Origin: Longimicrobiales bacterium
GTDB lineage: Bacteria; Gemmatimonadota; Gemmatimonadetes; Longimicrobiales; Gaopeijiaceae
Assembly (NCBI GenBank): GCA_965218295.1
Contig: CBDCKN010000003.1
Coordinates: forward strand, 480,001-544,000
Direction: 5' to 3'
DNA: 64,000 nucleotides
Shown here in pieces: positions 1-10,972 of the stretch. Under the pieces are notes generated by a model. The model was not told the origin of the DNA, made no database searches, and was given only the letters and a program-made list of their open reading frames with translations. Numbering within the stretch: position 1 is the first letter of the stretch; each line of letters starts with the position of its first letter. Made by a program: the position numbers and the translations under genes.

Positions 1-990
1 ACGCGGAGAAGGGCACGGTGGTGGTGGAGGGATGGAGGACCGAGACGACGTTCCAGGTCATCGATCGCATGAGGGAGCTCGCCCCGGTCGTGGGCGGGTT
101 TCTCCTCACACAGGTTGAGCACGAAGGAGGGATGTCCGGCTTCAGCATGGAGCTCGTGGAGGAAGCAGTGGAGGCAGCGGGAGACGCCCGCGTGACCGCG
201 GCGGGCGGCATCACCACCGCGGAAGACGTGGCAGCTCTCGACCGACTGGGCGTCGAGGCTCAGGTGGGGATGGCGCTGTACTCGGGCCACCTGACCCTCG
301 GCGCCGCCGTGGCCGCCCCTCTGACCAAGGGCATCGAGAGCCGACTTTGGCCCACCGTCGTGTGCGAGGAGTCCGGCGCAGCCCTAGGTCTGGTGTGGAG
401 CACGCGAGAGAGCCTGGAAGCCGCAGTGTTACGGAGGCGGGGCATCTATTGGTCCCGCTCCCGCGGCGAGCTCTGGATCAAGGGCGAGACGTCAGGGGCC
501 ACCCAGGAGCTCCTTCGGGTGGACTTGGACTGCGACCGGGACGCCCTGCGCTTCACGGTCCGCCAACACGGCTCCGGATTCTGTCACACCGGAGAGTGGG
601 CGTGTTGGCCGACGGCGTTCACGCTGTCCACCCTCGGAAGGGTGATAGCGGAGCGTCGGGGGGAGCTCGGCTTCGGCGAGGGACCACCGGTGACAGGCGG
701 CGGCTCCGTGGGGTGGTGGGGAGTCGTCGGACAGGCGCGGCTCGGGTACGGCTCGCGTGTTGGCCGACCCCGAGCTGCTAAGGGCCAAGCTCCTCGAGGA
801 GGCGGCGGAGCTGGCCGATGCCACGGACACCGCGAGCGCCACCCATGAGGCCGCCGACCTCATCTACTTCGCTCTGGTCGGTGCGGCCCGCCACGGCGTG
901 GGCATGGAGGACGTACGCCGTGAGCTCGAGCACCGGCATCGACAGGTCCGACGCCGTCCCATGGCGGCCAAGCCGGAAGGAGGAACATAA
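1..990 (+). CDS. hisA/hisIE: HisA-HisI-HisE fusion, 5'-partial, with an apparent frameshift in the G-run near 710
   Basis: HisA C-terminal barrel motifs (AAGGI, GMALY), then HisI motifs (YWSRSRGELWIKGETSG, DCDRDAL, FCHTG). The HisE motifs (KLLEEAAEL, HEAADLIY) continue in another frame at 757..990. Confidence 0.85.
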
Positions 991-2250
991 TGAACGAGAG
1001 CCTTCTTCCCCGTCGAGACCCCGAGGAATTCACGGCGGGCAACCCGGGCGCTATCTCCCTTGAGATCCAACGCGAAGCCGAGGTCATCGTAGAGCGGGTC
1101 CGAGCCGTCGGTGAAGCCGCCATCCGGGAGTACGCGACCAGGTTCGACGAGCGCAGCCCCGAGCAGTCCCCTGTACATCACCCGTGATGAGCTGGGGCTC
1201 CAGCTCGAAGCGATGGCGCCATCCGACCGCGCACGCCTGGAGCGCATCGGAGGGCGCATCCGCGAGTTCGCCACCGCCCAGAGGGGCGCTCTCGAACCCC
1301 TCGACGTCGATATCCCCGGGGGGACCGTGGGGCACCGCATCGATCCGGTGGAGGCGGCGGGATGCTACGCCCCCGGCGGGCGCTATCCCCTTCCCTCCTC
1401 GGTGCTCATGACCGCCGTCACCGCCCGGGCCGCCGGAGTGGAGTCGGTTTGGGTCGCGAGTCCCCGACCCACGCCCATCACCCTCGCAGCCGCCGCCGTA
1501 GCCGATGTTGACGGAGTCCTAGCGGTGGGAGGAGCCCACGCCATCGCGGGTCTGGCCTTCGGGGTCGGACCGGTGCCTCCAAGCGATGTGGTCGTCGGTC
1601 CGGGGAACCTGTACGTGACCGCGGCCAAGCAGCTCCTGGCCGGCGCCGTGGCCATCGACATGCTGGCCGGCCCGTCGGAGCTCGTGATCATCGCGGACGG
1701 TTCGGCAGATCCGGCCTGGATCGCCGCAGACCTCCTCGCCCAGGCGGAGCACGATCCCGAAGCCGTGCCGATCCTGATCGCGATGGACCCGGCTCTTATT
1801 ACTGCGGTCGAAGCGGAGCTGAGCACCCAGCTCGGCGACCTCCCCACCGCCGACACCGCTCGTACCGCAATATCGAAAGGGGGCGTCATCGCCTGTCCCA
1901 ACGTCGAGGAGGCCGCCCGGGTGAGCGACGCCATCGCGCCCGAGCACCTGCAGCTGTCCATGGCCAACGCCCGTGACCTGGTGCCCCGCCTCAACCACTA
2001 CGGCGCCCTCTTCATCGGGGAAAGGAGCGCCGAGGTGTTCGGCGACTACGGAGTCGGTCCAAACCATGTGCTCCCAACGTCGGGGACGGCCCGGGCTCGG
2101 GGAGGTCTTTCGGTCATGGACTTCCTGCGAGTGCGTACCTGGATCCGCCTGGACCAACCCGGTCCATCTCGCGAGCTGGTAGAGGATTCGGCCTGGCTGG
2201 CCAGGCAGGAGGGGCTGGAGGCCCACGCGCGAGCGGCGGAGCTTCGGTAA
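990..2250 (+). CDS. hisD: Histidinol dehydrogenase, with a frameshift near the C-run at ~1170
   Basis: ATG 990 overlaps the upstream TAA and follows an AGGAGG RBS. Motifs GCYAPGG, GPGNLYV, IDMLAGPSE, DLLAQAEHD, APEHL, GPNHVLPT and EGLEAH. Confidence 0.92.
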
Positions 2251-2297
2251 AGGCTCGCCCGCTGCGCTATAATTGAGGGATTCTCAAAGGAGACTTC

Positions 2298-3357
2298 ATG
2301 AAACGATCGGTGGTGGCGTTGGGCTCTATCCTCCTCCCCTCCATAGCGCCTCCGTCAACAGCCCGGGCTCAACAGGGCCCGTGGGGCCTCACGGCGGTCG
2401 AGGGGATCACGGTCGGGCATCACACCCTGAGCGAGAGGCCCACCGGCTGCACCGTGATCCTCACCGGAAAGGGTGCGGTCGGAGGAGTGGACGTCCGCGG
2501 CGGCGCGCCTGGCACGGTCGAGACCGATCTCTTGGATCCGGTGAACTCCGTGCAGGAAGTCCACGGCATCATCCTCTCCGGCGGCAGCGCCTTCGGGTTG
2601 GCTGCCCGAGACGGAGTCATGCGCTACCTGGACGAGAAGGGCATCGGATACCGCATGGGGTCCATCGTGGTACCCATCGTGGTCGGTGCCATCCTCTACG
2701 ATCTCCCTGTGGGGGGACGACCCCGGTGTTCGCCCGGGCGCCGAATGCGGATACCAAGCGGCCGCCCGGGCCACCGGAGACACGCCCGCCGAGGGGAATG
2801 TGGGCGCAGGGGAGGGAGCCACCGTTGGCAAGCTCCGAGGCATCCCGCGCGCTATGAAGAGTGGGATCGGGACCGCGTCGATTACACTGCCCAGTGGCCT
2901 CACGATCGGAGCTATCGTGGCGGTCAACGCGGTGGGCGACGTCATCGACCCGTCGACGGGCGCCGTGATCGCGGGAGTCCGTACAGCCGACGGCCGGGGC
3001 CTCGCCGACGCCCGGGTGCTGCTGCGGGAAAGTCGCGAGTCGAACGAGCCCCAGAGCGGGGCCAACACCACCATCGGGGTCGTTGCGACGAACGCCGTGC
3101 TCACCCAAGCCCAGGCCACCAAGGTGGCGCAGATGGCCCAGGACGGCTTCGCCCGGGCGATCTATCCCGCGCACACTATGGGGGACGGAGACACCGTCTT
3201 CTCCCTCGCCACCGGCACCTTCGACGGCGATGCGTCCGTCTCCACGATCGGAGCCCTGGCGGCGGACATGGTCACCGAAGCCATCTTGGGGGCCGTGCGG
3301 GCGGCCACCGGCATCGAGGGGATTCCCTCCGCCTCGGACCTCAACACGGGCCGGTGA
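2298..3357 (+). CDS. P1/S58 (DmpA-like) aminopeptidase with signal peptide, frameshifted at the G-run ~2711-2716
   Basis: Motifs GITVGH, TGCTV, DVRGGAPGT, LSGGSAFGL, then in the next frame GNVGAG, NTTIGVVATN and DGDTVF. Confidence 0.88.
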
Positions 3358-3474
3358 TGCGGGCGCCCCCGCGCCGCCAAGTGATGCACGGTGCGCGCCG
3401 CCCTAAGAGTCCAAGCCGCTCCGTGACATCCACCGGCCGTCTCGCCCCATGACCCCCGAGACCTCGGCGCGCCC

Positions 3475-4896
3475 GTGAACCTCGAGCTGGTAGTCCTAGT
3501 GGTCTACTCGGCCATCCTCATCGGCCTCGGCCTTTGGATCGGCCGGCGGGTGGAGAGCAGCGGGGGGTTCTTCGTGGCGAACCGCAAGCTCGGAGCAGCG
3601 CTCATCTTCTCCACCGTGCTCGCCGCCAACATCGGCGCGGGCAGCACCGTGGGGGCCGCCGGGCTCGGCTACCGGGACGGCTTGGCCGGGTGGTGGTGGG
3701 TAGGCTCGGCCGCCGTCGGCACGCTGATCCTGGCCCTTTGGATCGGACCGCGAATCTGGCGCATCGCCGCGGAGCACGGCCTCTACACAATGGGGGACTA
3801 CCTTGAGCTCCGATATGGCCGGTCCGTTCGGGCGGCCATCACCGGCCTCCTGTGGCTCGGCACCCCGGCGCTCCTGGCGGCCCAGCTCATCGCCATGGCC
3901 AAGATCCTCGAGTTCGTGGCGGGGGCGCCCGAGTGGGCCGGCGTCCTTATCGGCGGGGTGGTCATGACGGCCTACTTCACGGCCGGCGGGCTCCTTACGT
4001 CCGCCTGGGTCAACATGGTCCAGCTCGTGGTCCTGGTACTCGGCTTCGCGGTGGCCCTGCCCTGGGCCTGGGCAGCGGTAGGGGGTTGGGAGGGCGTGGT
4101 GGCCGCCGCGCCCCCATCCGGGGATTACTTGGACTTCTGGCAGGGAGGTCGCTCGGGTTGGATCTACCTGGCGCTCCTCGGGCCGAACTTCATGGTCTCG
4201 CCGGGACTCGTCCAGAAGGTATACGGAGCCGTAGACGAACGGGCCATTCGCCTGGGCCTGGGAGCCGCAGCCCTTGCGTTGCTGGTCTTCGCAGTGGTTC
4301 CGCCCCTCTTCGGAATGATCGCCCGGGTCTACGACCCGGCCCTCGTGGACCGGGAGCATGCCCTGATGCTGGTCCTGACTGCCGGCCTTCCGACGCTTCT
4401 CGGGAGCGTGGGCCTGGCGGCGGTCTTCTCCGCCGAGATCAGCTCGGCCGACGCCATCCTCTTCATGCTGTCCACTTCCCTGTCCAAGGACCTCTACAAG
4501 CGCTTCCTCAGGCCCGACGCCGATGACGGACAGGTTCTAAACGTCGCCCGTGGTGCGGCTCTCGCTGGAGGGAGCATCGGCATGCTTCTGGCGCTGGTGC
4601 TGCCGTCGATCATCGACGCCCTCACCATCTTTTACTCCCTGATGGCCGTCTGCCTCTTCATCCCGGTGGTGGCAGGCCTCTACGCGCGCCGGCCCGGAAC
4701 GCCGGAGGCCCTGGCGGCCAGCGGCGTGGGCGTTGCAGCCCTGATCACCGTGGAGCTGGCGGACTTCGCCGACCCATCCCCGTGGCTGAACTCCACCTTC
4801 CTGGGGATCGTGGCGTCGGCGCTGGCCTTTGGCTTGGTCTTCCTGGTGCGCCGCCCCTCCGGGGAGCGGACGGAGGCGGATCAGCGCCTCCGCTGA
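3475..4896 (+). CDS. Sodium:solute symporter family protein
   Basis: About 13 hydrophobic segments, with FFVANR, NIGAGSTVG, LELRYG, YFTAGG and FSAEISSAD. Confidence 0.9.
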   Translation: MNLELVVLVVYSAILIGLGLWIGRRVESSGGFFVANRKLGAALIFSTVLAANIGAGSTVGAAGLGYRDGLAGWWWVGSAAVGTLILALWIGPRIWRIAAEHGLYTMGDYLELRYGRSVRAAITGLLWLGTPALLAAQLIAMAKILEFVAGAPEWAGVLIGGVVMTAYFTAGGLLTSAWVNMVQLVVLVLGFAVALPWAWAAVGGWEGVVAAAPPSGDYLDFWQGGRSGWIYLALLGPNFMVSPGLVQKVYGAVDERAIRLGLGAAALALLVFAVVPPLFGMIARVYDPALVDREHALMLVLTAGLPTLLGSVGLAAVFSAEISSADAILFMLSTSLSKDLYKRFLRPDADDGQVLNVARGAALAGGSIGMLLALVLPSIIDALTIFYSLMAVCLFIPVVAGLYARRPGTPEALAASGVGVAALITVELADFADPSPWLNSTFLGIVASALAFGLVFLVRRPSGERTEADQRLR

Positions 4897-5254
4897 CCGT
4901 CGGCTCTTGGAGCGCCGCGTCAAGAGCGCCGTCCGATGAGGAGCCGCCCGGCACGCCCTGCTTCCGCCTGCGAGAGTTCAAGCAGGCCGAGCCCGTGATC
5001 TCTTCGGCGGCTCGACGATCAGCGTGGCGTTCGACCTGTTCGAGAAGGCCGAGAGGGGTCCGGCCCCTCGTCGGTCTTGGGGGACCGTGCCGATCTGATG
5101 ATGGTCCGATGATACGCACCGATTACCCTCGGGAGCCCTGGAAGAGCTCCGTCGCTCACGCCCCGACCGAGGTCCGCACCGATCTCACGCGATCGCGAGA
5201 CGTCGGGCGAGCTCAGGAGCGCTTCCACCCGACTACCAGTCACCAGGAGGTTCT

Positions 5255-5437
5255 ATGCAGACCCTATCACCGGGCCGGATGCAGGAGCTGTGCGGCTCCA
5301 AGATGGACGAGGGGAGCGCCTGCGGTTTCATGGTCGGAGCCCTGGGAGGCGCCATCATGCTGGGGTGGGTCGTCCCTGCGGCGTTCATCTTCATGTTCAC
5401 GCCGCTGGTATGCGTCCTGGACTACGGACTGGGCTGA
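5255..5437 (+). CDS. Putative double-glycine-leader bacteriocin/RiPP precursor 1 (60 aa)
   Basis: AGGAGG RBS at 5245-5250. The leader MQTLSPGRMQELCGS fits L(-12)..M(-7)..L(-4).G-S. The core is hydrophobic with 2 Cys, and the gene lies upstream of a C39 exporter. Confidence 0.7.
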   Translation: MQTLSPGRMQELCGSKMDEGSACGFMVGALGGAIMLGWVVPAAFIFMFTPLVCVLDYGLG

Positions 5438-5484
5438 TCGCCCGTCGCCATTCGACCCACTCTTCCCCCAAGCAGGAGATCATC

Positions 5485-5661
5485 ATAACAGAGCTCACGA
5501 CCTATCAGATGGCTGATATCAACAGTACGAGCTTCTGGATGGGCTTCCTTTGCGGTGCCGGCATCATCTCCTCGATCGCCATATCGGCCTCCCCGGACCC
5601 CGTTGTGAGGTGGACCATCTACAGCGGCACGGTCGGTGCTTGCGGACTAGCGTTCTTTTGA
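5485..5661 (+). CDS. Putative precursor peptide 2 (58 aa, ATA start, possibly degenerate; alternative ATG at 5509)
   Basis: AGGAG RBS at 5474-5478, 6 nt before ATA. The leader (I/M)TELTTYQMADINST has the same spacing as precursor 1. Core SFWMGFLCGAG...GACGLAFF has 2 Cys. Confidence 0.6.
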   Translation: MTELTTYQMADINSTSFWMGFLCGAGIISSIAISASPDPVVRWTIYSGTVGACGLAFF

Positions 5662-5717
5662 GTTGGTCGGGCTGGGCGTGACCGGGGCGCCCAGCCCGTC
5701 GCCTCACTGTCATTTCG

Positions 5718-7273
5718 ATGGGTGACCTCTCCGACGACCTCCTGCTGGTCACACGACACAAGCTCCTAATCGTCGGTCGCCGCTTCGCAGACACCGTACG
5801 CAACACACTCGAAGGGAAGATGGCTCTGATCGTCATGTTGGCCGCCCCCTTCTTGATGAAGAGCATGCTAGGGTCCGCGTCCCTGCGGGCCGCGAACGCC
5901 AGCCGCGATGCGGCCGGCGTCATACTCACGCTCGCCCACGCCGCGACCGTGGTTGCGCTGATTCTGGGCGTTGCCGCACGCACCGCTCGCTCGCTGATCG
6001 TCGAGAAGCAAGAGGAGCCCCTGGCTCTGTACACGGGTGGGAGGCGTGGTCTCGCTGCCTATGACCTGTGGGGAGAAGTGGCGGCGACCGGCCTCTGGCT
6101 CCTCTTCTTCTTCTATCTCTTCTACGGCGCCTTGATTTATGGCCTGGCGACTCAGCCGCTCCTGGTCCTGCCGATGCATCTCCTTGCGCACTTTCTGGTG
6201 CTGGGCGCCCTCGGAGCACTGGCCTACCGCTGGACCCTTCGGATCCTGGAGAGACGGCCGGCGATGGGTCGATCTCTCTACATCGGGACCAGTGCCGGCG
6301 CTGTGCTCGCGTTCCTCGCCATGGTCGGGTCGGCGACACTTCTCGAAGATGTCGCGCCCGGGTTGATGGCCCCGCTGGTGGTGTGGTTCGACGGGGCCGC
6401 CGTTTTCTATCCTCCGCTCGCTGCGCTGGTCCAACCCACGAACAATCTCCTTGGCCCGCTGATGTGGGTAGCCGGCGTCGTGGCTGCTCCCGCTGTTGCC
6501 CTGAAGGCGGCCGGCCCACTGATGCGCGAGCCGAGTCCCCTGCTGCTGGGCGACGTTGAAGCGCTGCCAGAGCGCCCCTTCACGAGCACCTTTCGGACAC
6601 AGTGGCACCCCAAGGCCCGTGGTATGGCCGGCATTCGCTTGTTCTTCCTGAAGGACATCCTTCTTCCCACGACCCGGAATCCCCGCAATTTCCTCACCAG
6701 ACAGTGGATCCTGCTCGCCGTTGCCGTGACGGCACCTGTCGTGATGTGGCAGCTCCGAGGTGAGGGGCGCGTGAGCGAGATCGCGGCGGAGGCCGCCTTG
6801 TGGGGAGTGGTGATGGCGCTTCCATCGGTCGCCGCCTACTTGGGCGGGCTTGGCTCGCTCGGACGGGAGGGGCCGGAATTGGCGCTGATTCGTCCATTCC
6901 TCCGGCCAGCCACGCTGTGGGGCTACAAGGTGCTTCCAGTCCTAGCTGCCGTGGTGCCGTACGGACTCGTGTACGGAGCCATCACGGGAGCCACCGCCGC
7001 CGGGCTGGCCCTCGAGCCTGGACCGTTGCCGGCAGCGGGCGTGGGTGGACTGACCGGAGTCGTCGCCGCCGTGAATGCGGTCGCTCTGGGGTTCCTGTCT
7101 CCCGACTTTGGACGCCGGAGCGTGCTCGCAACGGGTGCGTCGAGGACCGCACGGAAGTGCTGCCCGCCGAGGCGTTCGCCATGACCCTGGTCACCACGGC
7201 GGGCTTGGGCGTGACGATGGGGGGAATCATCACCTTCTTCGCCCTTCGTCGACTCCCCTACCTGGAGACTTGA
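5718..7273 (+). CDS. ABC-2-type multi-TM permease (putative immunity/export), with a frameshift or deletion near 7150-7185
   Basis: Many TM segments, FFLKD and SLGREG motifs. The last TM helix (MTLVTTAGLGVTMGG...) lies in another frame ending at 7273, next to an ABC ATPase. Confidence 0.7.
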
Positions 7274-7274
7274 G

Positions 7275-8042
7275 ATGACGGACGCACCGTCGATAAGAAT
7301 CGACCGGCTCACCAAGAGTTTCGGCCCGGTGCTGGCCGTCTCCCAGTTGAGCATGACCGTCGATGCGGGTGAGATCGTCTGCTTCCTGGGCCCAAACGGC
7401 GCAGGCAAGACGACGACCATCGCCACGATCATGGGTCTCAAGAGACCCACAGCCGGTGACGTGTTCATCAACGGCGTGAGCCTTCGTGCGCCAAAGGTCG
7501 AATCAGTCCGTAGAAGTATCGGCTATCTGCCGGAGCAACCGGTGTTGTACGACTATCTCACGGGTCGGGAGTTCGTCCAGTTCTTCGGCCAGCTTTACCG
7601 AGCGGACAGGGCATTGGACAGCTGGCTGGACGATCGGCTGGCCGCCCTACAGATGAGTGAGGACGCAGATCGGCTGATCAAGGGCTACTCGGCGGGAATG
7701 CGGAAGAAGATCTCCTTCCTCACGGCCCTGGTCCATCAGCCCGACATCCTGATCTTCGATGAGCCCACCGGCGCGCTGGACGCTCTCAGCTCCCGCATTG
7801 TCAAAGATGAGATGGTCGCCGCCCGAGACAGAGGCTCGTTGGTCTTCTTCACGACTCATGTCATGGAGATCGCGGAGCGCCTGGCGGACCGAATCGTCAT
7901 TATCAATAACGGACAACTCGTAGCAGACGGGACACTCGCCGAGTTGCGGATGGCGCACGGCCGAGAGACCGGCGAATCACTCGAGAGTCTATTCCTCCGC
8001 CTGATTCAACTGACGGGGTCCCGAGCAGGCCAGAGCGAATGA
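7275..8042 (+). CDS. ABC transporter ATP-binding protein
   Basis: Walker A GPNGAGKT, signature YSAGMRKK, Walker B ILIFDEP and H-loop TTH. Confidence 0.95.
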   Translation: MTDAPSIRIDRLTKSFGPVLAVSQLSMTVDAGEIVCFLGPNGAGKTTTIATIMGLKRPTAGDVFINGVSLRAPKVESVRRSIGYLPEQPVLYDYLTGREFVQFFGQLYRADRALDSWLDDRLAALQMSEDADRLIKGYSAGMRKKISFLTALVHQPDILIFDEPTGALDALSSRIVKDEMVAARDRGSLVFFTTHVMEIAERLADRIVIINNGQLVADGTLAELRMAHGRETGESLESLFLRLIQLTGSRAGQSE

Positions 8043-10190
8043 TGCCTTTGGCGCTTTCTCGACTGGCACGATGGTGCGCCCGCACCGTGAACCCCCACCC
8101 GGTCGTCCGTCAGTACGATCGCGTTGATTGCGGCCCCGCCTGCCTACTTTCAGTGCTACGGTTCCACGGCGGCGATACCGGGCTCCCCCGGGTTCGATCC
8201 TTGAGTGGCACCGACGCGAGCGGGACCAGCCTCCTTGGGCTCCATCGCGCCGCCGTCGCCCTCGGATTCGAAGCCTGCGGCGCCACCGGCGACTATGACA
8301 GCCTGCGCAAGGAACGAGTGCCGTGTATAGCCCACGTGGTTGTCGAGGGAGCTCAGCACTACGTCGTCGTCTATGAGGCCCGAGACCGACGGCTGAAGGT
8401 GGGCGACCCGGCTCTCGGACCTCGGTGGCTCACGCGTGAGGATTTCGAAGGTATTTGGAGTCAACGAGCCGTCTTGCTCCTACACCCCGGCCGGGATCTC
8501 CTCCGAGAGCACCCAGCTCATTGGTTCCGATGGGTTCTCGGCCGCATCCGCCACGTTCACGGGTGGCTGGTGCAGTCTGTGTTCCTCGGGGTGATCTACA
8601 CGATTCTGGGTCTCGCTACGGCGGTCGTGGTTCAGCGACTGATCGATGACTTCATCGAGATGCGTGACGTGTCGCGGATTCTGTTGGCCGGTGGGTTTCT
8701 TCTTGCCCTCCATGCATTGAGGGGATTGGCCGGATACCTCCGTCAGCGGTTCTTGGTCGGACTCTCCAAGAGAGCCTCGAACGCAATCGCATCGGAGTTC
8801 CTGGAACACCTGTTCCAGCTTCCCGCTCGTTACTTCGAAACGCGAAAGCGTGGAGACATCATCGCACGTCTGCAGGATGCCTCGCGTATTCAAACCGCGG
8901 TCTTGGAGATTCTGGGGAGCACGACCGTCGACGTACTCATCACGGTGCTGTCGATGGCTGCCGTCTTCTACTTCTCGCCACCACTGGGTTGGATCGCACT
9001 GATCCTCTTGGCACCCTACGTCCTCGTCACAGGCACCGCGGCACGACAGATTCATCGGGAGTATCATGCGGCCCTGGGCGCTTATGGGCGGCTTCACGCT
9101 TCCTATGTCGACGCCATCGAGGGCATCGACTCGATCCGCGGGCTCGGCGTCGGACCGGCCTTCACTCGGCTGAACCTGGCGCTCTTCGGCCACTTCCAAA
9201 CCCGGGTCGAGCGGCTCGGACTCACACGTGCCGCGATCGGATTCCGGGTCGAGGGTGTGAGCAGCGCCCTGCTGGCCACGATCCTGACCGTCGGCGCCCT
9301 TCTAGTGGTGACAGGAGATCTGCGCCTCGGGGCGATGATGGCCGCCTACTCGCTCGTTGCCGGCACCTTGCCGAGCCTGCAGCGAGTCATGGAGGGCCTC
9401 TTCGCGTTTCAAGGCGGCGGGGCCGCGGCCCAAAGGCTGCAGGACCTCATGCTCACCGCCCCGGAAGAGAGTAGCGGGGAGCGTCCGTTCCGGATGAGAG
9501 TGGACTTGAGGTTGGACGCCGCCCGCTTCGAGTGGCCCAACGGAGAGCCGGTTCTGAACGGAGCCAGCCTGACACTCCGGCGCGGACGGATCACTGGATT
9601 GAGCGGAGCGAACGGATCCGGCAAGACCACGCTCGTTCATCTCCTCACGCGGCGCTATCCACTGAATGGGGGACGTTTGAGGATCGACGGCGTAATGGCG
9701 TCGAGCATCGACCTTCAGGCGTATCGTCGGCAGGTAGCCGCCGTTCCAGAGGCTGTGAAGATCTTTCACGGCACTCTTGGTGACAACATCGTTCTCGCAC
9801 GGGAGGAGCTTTCTCGGGAAGAGCTTACCGACCGCCTTCGTGACCTCGCGGTGGGCTCGTTCATCAGTCGCTTCAAGGGGGGACTTGCCACCATGCTCGG
9901 CGAGGACGGCCGTCGCTTGTCTGCGGGTGAGCGGCAGATGATCGGTCTGATACGCGTGCTGCTATGCCGGCCCTCGGTTCTCATCATCGATGAGGGCCTG
10001 AACGCCCTGGACCCCCAGCTCTACCGGACAGCCATCAGGGCCCTCGCAGCGCACGCCTCCCGAGGAGCGGTTCCTCATCTCTCATCACCCTTCCGTGTTG
10101 GCCCTCGCCGATGAGCAACTCCGCCTCGAAGGGGGCGTCATCACCTCAGTCATGGGGCACGAACCGGGGCCCGACGCCGAGGCGGCCTGA
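8039..10190 (+). CDS. Peptidase-containing ABC transporter (C39 peptidase + TMD + NBD), with a frameshift at ~10073
   Basis: C39 motifs QYDRVDCGPACL, HYVVVY and GDPA, then GANGSGKT, LSAGERQ and IIDEG. The H-loop LISHH and the C-terminus continue in a shifted frame to TGA 10188-10190. Confidence 0.92.
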
Positions 10191-10195
10191 GCCGA

Positions 10196-10837
10196 GTGTC
10201 CCGCGGAATGGCCACTTGGCGCATCTTCATTCTGATCGCCTGCGTCTGGCTGGCCGTTTCTGCATACACGAATGAGAGAGTGCTCGCGCCGGAGGTGATG
10301 GCAGGCGTGGCCAGCCGTACCCCCGGGGTCGAGATGTCGGTCGCGCAGCTCGACCAGCTACGCCGACAAGGACGCTGGGCATACCTCCTGCTTCCCGCGC
10401 TCCTGGCGATCCGCGTCGCCGTCGTAGCCCTGGCACTTCAGTTGTTCTCGACGTTGATGGCGCACCCCCTGCCCTACCGCGAGGCATTCCGCGCGGGCCT
10501 CTGGGGCTTCGGGGCCGTGATCTACGGCACATTCGTTCGGATGCTGAGGCTCGATCTGCTCCCGTCTGGCGCCCTCACACGGGAAGAGCTCGCAGTCGTT
10601 CCCGATTCGCTGGCGGTTTTGATCTTGGGAGCGGGAGAGCGTGTCACGGTCCTGTCCGCCGCCTTGGGCCTGCTTAGCCTCCATGACGCCTTCTGGATCG
10701 TGGTCATCTCGGCGTACCTCCATGCCTTCACCGGCCTGGAGCGCCGTGTGGCCATCGCCATCGCCGTGTCCGGATGGCTGACAATGGCGCTGGCCCGCCT
10801 CGGCGCCCAGGCCTTCATGATCGGAATGCTCAACTGA
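10196..10837 (+). CDS. Multi-pass membrane protein, Yip1-like
   Basis: About 5 TM segments with a soluble loop after TM1, as the last gene of the exporter operon. The family call is by resemblance only. Confidence 0.55.
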   Translation: MSRGMATWRIFILIACVWLAVSAYTNERVLAPEVMAGVASRTPGVEMSVAQLDQLRRQGRWAYLLLPALLAIRVAVVALALQLFSTLMAHPLPYREAFRAGLWGFGAVIYGTFVRMLRLDLLPSGALTREELAVVPDSLAVLILGAGERVTVLSAALGLLSLHDAFWIVVISAYLHAFTGLERRVAIAIAVSGWLTMALARLGAQAFMIGMLN

Positions 10838-10893
10838 GCGGTGTCGACACCCGTCGGGCCGCTGAGTTGCCGGCTCCGGTAGCCGCGGCCTCC

Positions 10894-10922
10894 TTGCCCT
10901 CACCGCGACCCGCCTCTACCGT
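10894..10922 (+). promoter_or_regulatory. Possible sigma70-type promoter of the Rid gene
   Basis: TTGCCC-17 nt-TACCGT, about 50 nt upstream of ATG 10973. Confidence 0.3.
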
Positions 10923-10972
10923 GCCATCCGCCCACGAGGGCCCTCTCACAATCATTGTCAGAGAAACGTGCC

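Noticed and set aside
700..2720. Frameshifts in hisIE, hisD and the DmpA-like gene as programmed frameshifting, phase variation or true pseudogenes
   Set aside because: All lie in or beside G/C homopolymer runs in otherwise intact genes. Long-read indel error is the simpler explanation, though reads are needed to confirm.
4897..5230. Possible transposase scraps (DYPREPWKS, FKQAEPVI) upstream of the peptide genes
   Set aside because: The matches are too short, and no terminal repeats or continuous frame are present.
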